Made by a program: the position numbers and the translations under genes. The notes under the pieces were generated by a model. That model searched no databases, was not told where the DNA came from, and was given only the letters and a program-made list of their open reading frames with translations. 64,000 nucleotides of DNA, taken from Candidatus Saccharimonadales bacterium. GTDB taxonomy: Bacteria; Patescibacteriota; Saccharimonadia; Saccharimonadales; UBA4665. Within the stretch, counting starts at the first letter, position 1. Each line of letters begins with the position of its first letter. Of this stretch, positions 62,578 through 64,000 are shown piece by piece. The stretch lies in the NCBI GenBank assembly GCA_035692985.1, contig DASSHG010000009.1, positions 7,717 through 71,716 on the forward strand. The letters are read 5' to 3'.

Positions 62578-63444
62578 CTAATTAATGCAGGAAGCGTCGT
62601 AATCAATGTTCTTAGAGACGTACTGGGCAAGTACGACTTGACTACCAGTAGTTAAGCCTGGCAGTTTACAGTTCGCTTGCGCGCCAGAAATCGAGCTAGC
62701 GCCAGGCAGCCAGCTTGGTAGACCATTCAAACTGCTGGTCGCGCTAACCGTGCCGGCTATTTGCTGCCATTGGTAACCTGTAGAATAGAGACCGACTTTT
62801 GCTCCACCGACGCCCGTAAAATAAGCAACCATGCCTTCAAGATCGGCAGTATTCTTGGAATTATCATTAGTCCAGCTATTGCCAGTTTCTACGTCCAAGT
62901 ACCACGTGTAAGTACTTGGATTCGTAACACCTCTTCGATTAAAATCGAGGTTTGCCATATTGTAGCCGTACTGCCATGCGCATGCAGTATCATTGGCGCC
63001 TGTGCAAGAGCCATACGGATCTTGATCTATGGCACCGGTAACAACGTCATTGTTATTCTTCGGCCAGTCGCCCACAGCCGGGGTTACATCACCCGGGTTA
63101 GCCGTATTCACATATAGAGAAGCTTTAGGCTGGTTTGTGCCGCCCTTTGAAGCGTTAGCCCATGACACTTCTTGAGCAAGACAAGGGTTGGTCGTATTCG
63201 CCAAGCCGCCATTCACGCCTACAATACCGAATGCCTGCCCTCTTGGCAGTGACATATGTTTTGCACACTGCGGCCATGAGACGTCATTACCGGTCAGGAC
63301 AGTTGGTGCAGGTGTGGCACCACCGCCACCTCCTCCGCCCGGATGAGTTGGCTTAGCTGCTGCCGCTGGCGCTACAAGCATCAACGAAGATATGAGACTA
63401 AGAGTGATAACTTTGAGAATATTTTTCATTTCTTCAGTATACAC
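62578..63444 (-). CDS. secreted glycoside-hydrolase-like protein (GH25-like / muramidase-like fold?)
   Basis: Signal peptide. GNDVSWPQC... and TWYLDVETGNSW resemble the GH25-type D-x-E region. This is a weak assignment made by eye. Confidence 0.4.
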   Translation of the reverse strand: MYTEEMKNILKVITLSLISSLMLVAPAAAAKPTHPGGGGGGGATPAPTVLTGNDVSWPQCAKHMSLPRGQAFGIVGVNGGLANTTNPCLAQEVSWANASKGGTNQPKASLYVNTANPGDVTPAVGDWPKNNNDVVTGAIDQDPYGSCTGANDTACAWQYGYNMANLDFNRRGVTNPSTYTWYLDVETGNSWTNDNSKNTADLEGMVAYFTGVGGAKVGLYSTGYQWQQIAGTVSATSSLNGLPSWLPGASSISGAQANCKLPGLTTGSQVVLAQYVSKNIDYDASCIN

Positions 63445-63513
63445 TAGATGCTTTGTGCCATTACCTTTTGCAGATCAAACAAAAAGTCCTCCGAAGAGGA
63501 CAGTAGTCTCACT

Positions 63514-63588
63514 TGGTTGCGGGGGCAGGACTCGAACCTGCGACCTTGTGGTTATGAGCCACACGAGCTGCCGCTGCTCCACCCCGCA
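63514..63588 (-). tRNA. initiator-like tRNA-Met (anticodon CAT), CCA encoded
   Basis: TGCGGGGTGGAGCAGC..AGCTCGTGTGGCTCATAACCACAAGGTCGCAGGTTCGAGTCCTGCCCCCGCAACCA closely parallels bacterial tRNA-fMet. It has U1-A72 and only two G-C pairs next to the anticodon loop. Confidence 0.8.
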
Positions 63589-63648
63589 CATCATCCATAA
63601 CGGATGTTGATTTTGTTTACATTAGTGTAGCAAACAGAGGTCACCAAG

Positions 63649-64000
63649 TCAATTGCCGCCGTTATCTTGGCGATGTAAAAAGAAGTCGACCCAAGACTGG
63701 AAATTTTTCTGGTAAGCGGGTTGGTGATCGCTGGCCGATGGCGTCTTGCTGGCCGGCGGATCCACCGTATATGATAACGCCACGCTCTGTGGTACTATAA
63801 TCTCCTTCTCGCCGGGCGCCGCCAAACCGAAATTCTGGCGTGCCGACAGCTCCAAATACTGATTGCTGTTGAAATAATTATTCTGTAGTGCCAGGTTATT
63901 GTTCTTGAGTTTCTGGACATCGGTCTGTTGGCGCAACCCGGAAATTTGTTTCTGCAATTCATAATTAGTCTGGATGCTCTTGATGCCGCTCCAACTTATC
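63649..64000 (-). CDS. ftsB: septum formation initiator FtsB/DivIC family protein (5' end probably outside window)
   Basis: A coiled-coil segment followed by YLELSARQNFGLAAPGEKEIIV. The frame stays open to the window edge upstream of the track TTG start. Confidence 0.65.
   Translation of the reverse strand, partial: ISWSGIKSIQTNYELQKQISGLRQQTDVQKLKNNNLALQNNYFNSNQYLELSARQNFGLAAPGEKEIIVPQSVALSYTVDPPASKTPSASDHQPAYQKNFQSWVDFFLHRQDNGGN

Overview
The window has two parts. (1) Positions 782-13129 are a roughly 12.3-kb, visibly GC-rich integrative element. It sits at the 3' end of tRNA-Arg(TCT) and is bounded by a 9-bp direct repeat (TGGTACCCC at 782-790 and 13121-13129). It encodes a large serine recombinase, a replication-relaxation protein and a TraD/VirD4-like ATPase. 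Its cargo is a Shedu (DUF4263) nuclease, a five-gene operon of unknowns with a small PD-(D/E)xK-like protein, and a cluster with a vWA protein and a J-domain membrane protein. The main observation is that the serine-recombinase ORF has no stop codon inside the element. It runs through the att core and then antisense across two host tRNA genes. ORF 778-1173 at the other end of the element carries the repeat in the same reading phase, so excision would rebuild one ORF of about 661 aa. The integrase gene therefore appears to be split by its own integration. (2) The remaining ~51 kb is a compact chromosome of mid-range GC with Gram-positive-type housekeeping genes: murA, rny-ymdB, tsaBE, recA-recX, a pilB-to-pilO type IV pilus locus, ruvABC-yebC, comEC, a CIRCE-controlled hrcA-grpE-dnaK-dnaJ operon, lepA, radC, murJ, ftsH, tilS and ftsB. 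It also carries 8 tRNA genes, all encoding CCA. Several proteins are shortened (TsaB, HrcA, ComEC), which fits a reduced genome of the Patescibacteria/Saccharibacteria type. That assignment is an inference and was not verified by any search. Other points: many operon-leading genes have a -10 box 5-8 nt before the start codon, which suggests leaderless mRNAs. Three tRNA operons share an identical promoter/leader motif. A lamin-tail-domain protein, ComEC and a secreted nuclease form a block. The dnaK operon is interrupted by four unknown ORFs. No rRNA, CRISPR array or IS transposase was seen. All family assignments come from motif recognition by eye, and all GC statements are by-eye estimates.
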